A stretch of DNA of 64,000 bases from Macrostomum hystrix (lineage: Eukaryota; Animalia; Platyhelminthes): the NCBI GenBank assembly GCA_950097015.1, contig CATNEN010000038.1, positions 29,822,001 through 29,886,000 of the forward strand, written 5' to 3'. Of this stretch, positions 63,185 through 64,000 are shown piece after piece (the stretch's first letter is position 1; every line of letters begins with the position of its first letter). The position numbers and the translations under genes were made by a program. The notes below the pieces were generated by a model. It was given only the letters and a program-made list of their open reading frames with translations. It made no database searches and had not been told where the DNA came from.

Positions 63185-63805
63185 TATAAGTTCTTTATTT
63201 TTATTTTTTAGGTGTTTTGGGTACTACTAACTGTTAATAGTAAGAGATATTGATTATAGCTACTGTCAAAGCAAATATTTTTTGCTTAACTGCGCTTCTC
63301 GCTCTGAGAAAAGAAAACTATTTTTGAGTGCAGCAGCAAGTTTAATTCGATACCAAACTGAGTAAAGAATTTTCGAGCATTTGTGCCATGCAGCTTTTTT
63401 ATATAAAAAGTAAAAAAATACTTTGAGCAAATCTATAATTGGCGCAGTTCATTTAAAATTGTAACGTTTTTTTCGAGAATTCTTGCAAGCAATTTATTCT
63501 ATAGGATAAAAAAAATAATGAAGAAAATGTTATTTTCAAAACTAACAACAATTTTCCATCATAGCTGCAAGCGTAATCAAATTCCGAACTAGAAAAAAAT
63601 ATGTTGAGCATAGCTAAAAGCGTTTTTCTTTTCTGTTTACCTTTCTCGAGCATTTCTTCAAGAGGTATCGGTTTAAAAATCAATATAGACTGTTCGAGCA
63701 TACGTGGCAGTTAGCGTTTTTTATACTCAAAACTAAAGAAAATTGCTTCGAGCATTGCTGTAATCGTTATTAGATTCAAAATTAGGAGACAGTTTTTTAA
63801 TCCTT
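63185..63805 (+). repeat. ~620-bp dispersed repeat, copy 2
   Basis: Direct repeat of 51130-51790. Confidence 0.85.
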
Positions 63806-64000
63806 AGTTCTCTGCTGCTGGGGGGAATTAGTTCTCTGCTGCTGGGGGGAATTAGTTCTCTGCTGCTGGGGGGAATTAGTTCTTTGCTGCTGGGGGGGAT
63901 TAGACCTCTGCTGCTGGGGGGAATTAGTTCTCTGCTGCTGGGGGAATTAGTTCTCTGCTGCTGGGGGAATTAGTTCTCTGCTGCTGGGGGAATTAGTTCT
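63805..64000. repeat. 23-25-bp minisatellite (gttctctgctgctggggggaatta), runs off the window
   Basis: Tandem array. Confidence 0.92.

Overview
Eukaryotic (invertebrate animal) genomic DNA with GT-AG introns, abundant minisatellites and several TE families. The style would fit a free-living flatworm such as Macrostomum, but this is inference only. Genes: (1) the 5' ~1,555 codons of DNA-PKcs (PRKDC) on the minus strand, 19 phase-consistent exons from ATG 16497 to the left edge; (2) a two-exon secreted Cys-rich PAN/apple-like gene nested antisense in a PRKDC intron (7656-8962); (3) an intronless ankyrin-like + SOCS-box gene (21665-23092); (4) NAA38/LSMD1; (5) PEDS1/TMEM189; (6) a second PAN/apple-like reading frame broken by one stop (43207-43653); (7) an ~808-aa protein with a catalytically dead LRAT/NlpC-P60-like domain, poly-Asn and (NQPDQA)n repeats and a Cys-rich multi-TM tail, bracketed by ends of a TTAA-targeting MITE. 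Mobile DNA: a deleted mariner, a young Ty3/Gypsy element with identical LTRs that lacks gag and protease and sits in the tRNA head of a SINE, two SINE families, MITEs and a probable solo LTR. Most long ORFs in the track are tandem-repeat artefacts. All protein assignments come from motifs recognised by eye; no searches were run.
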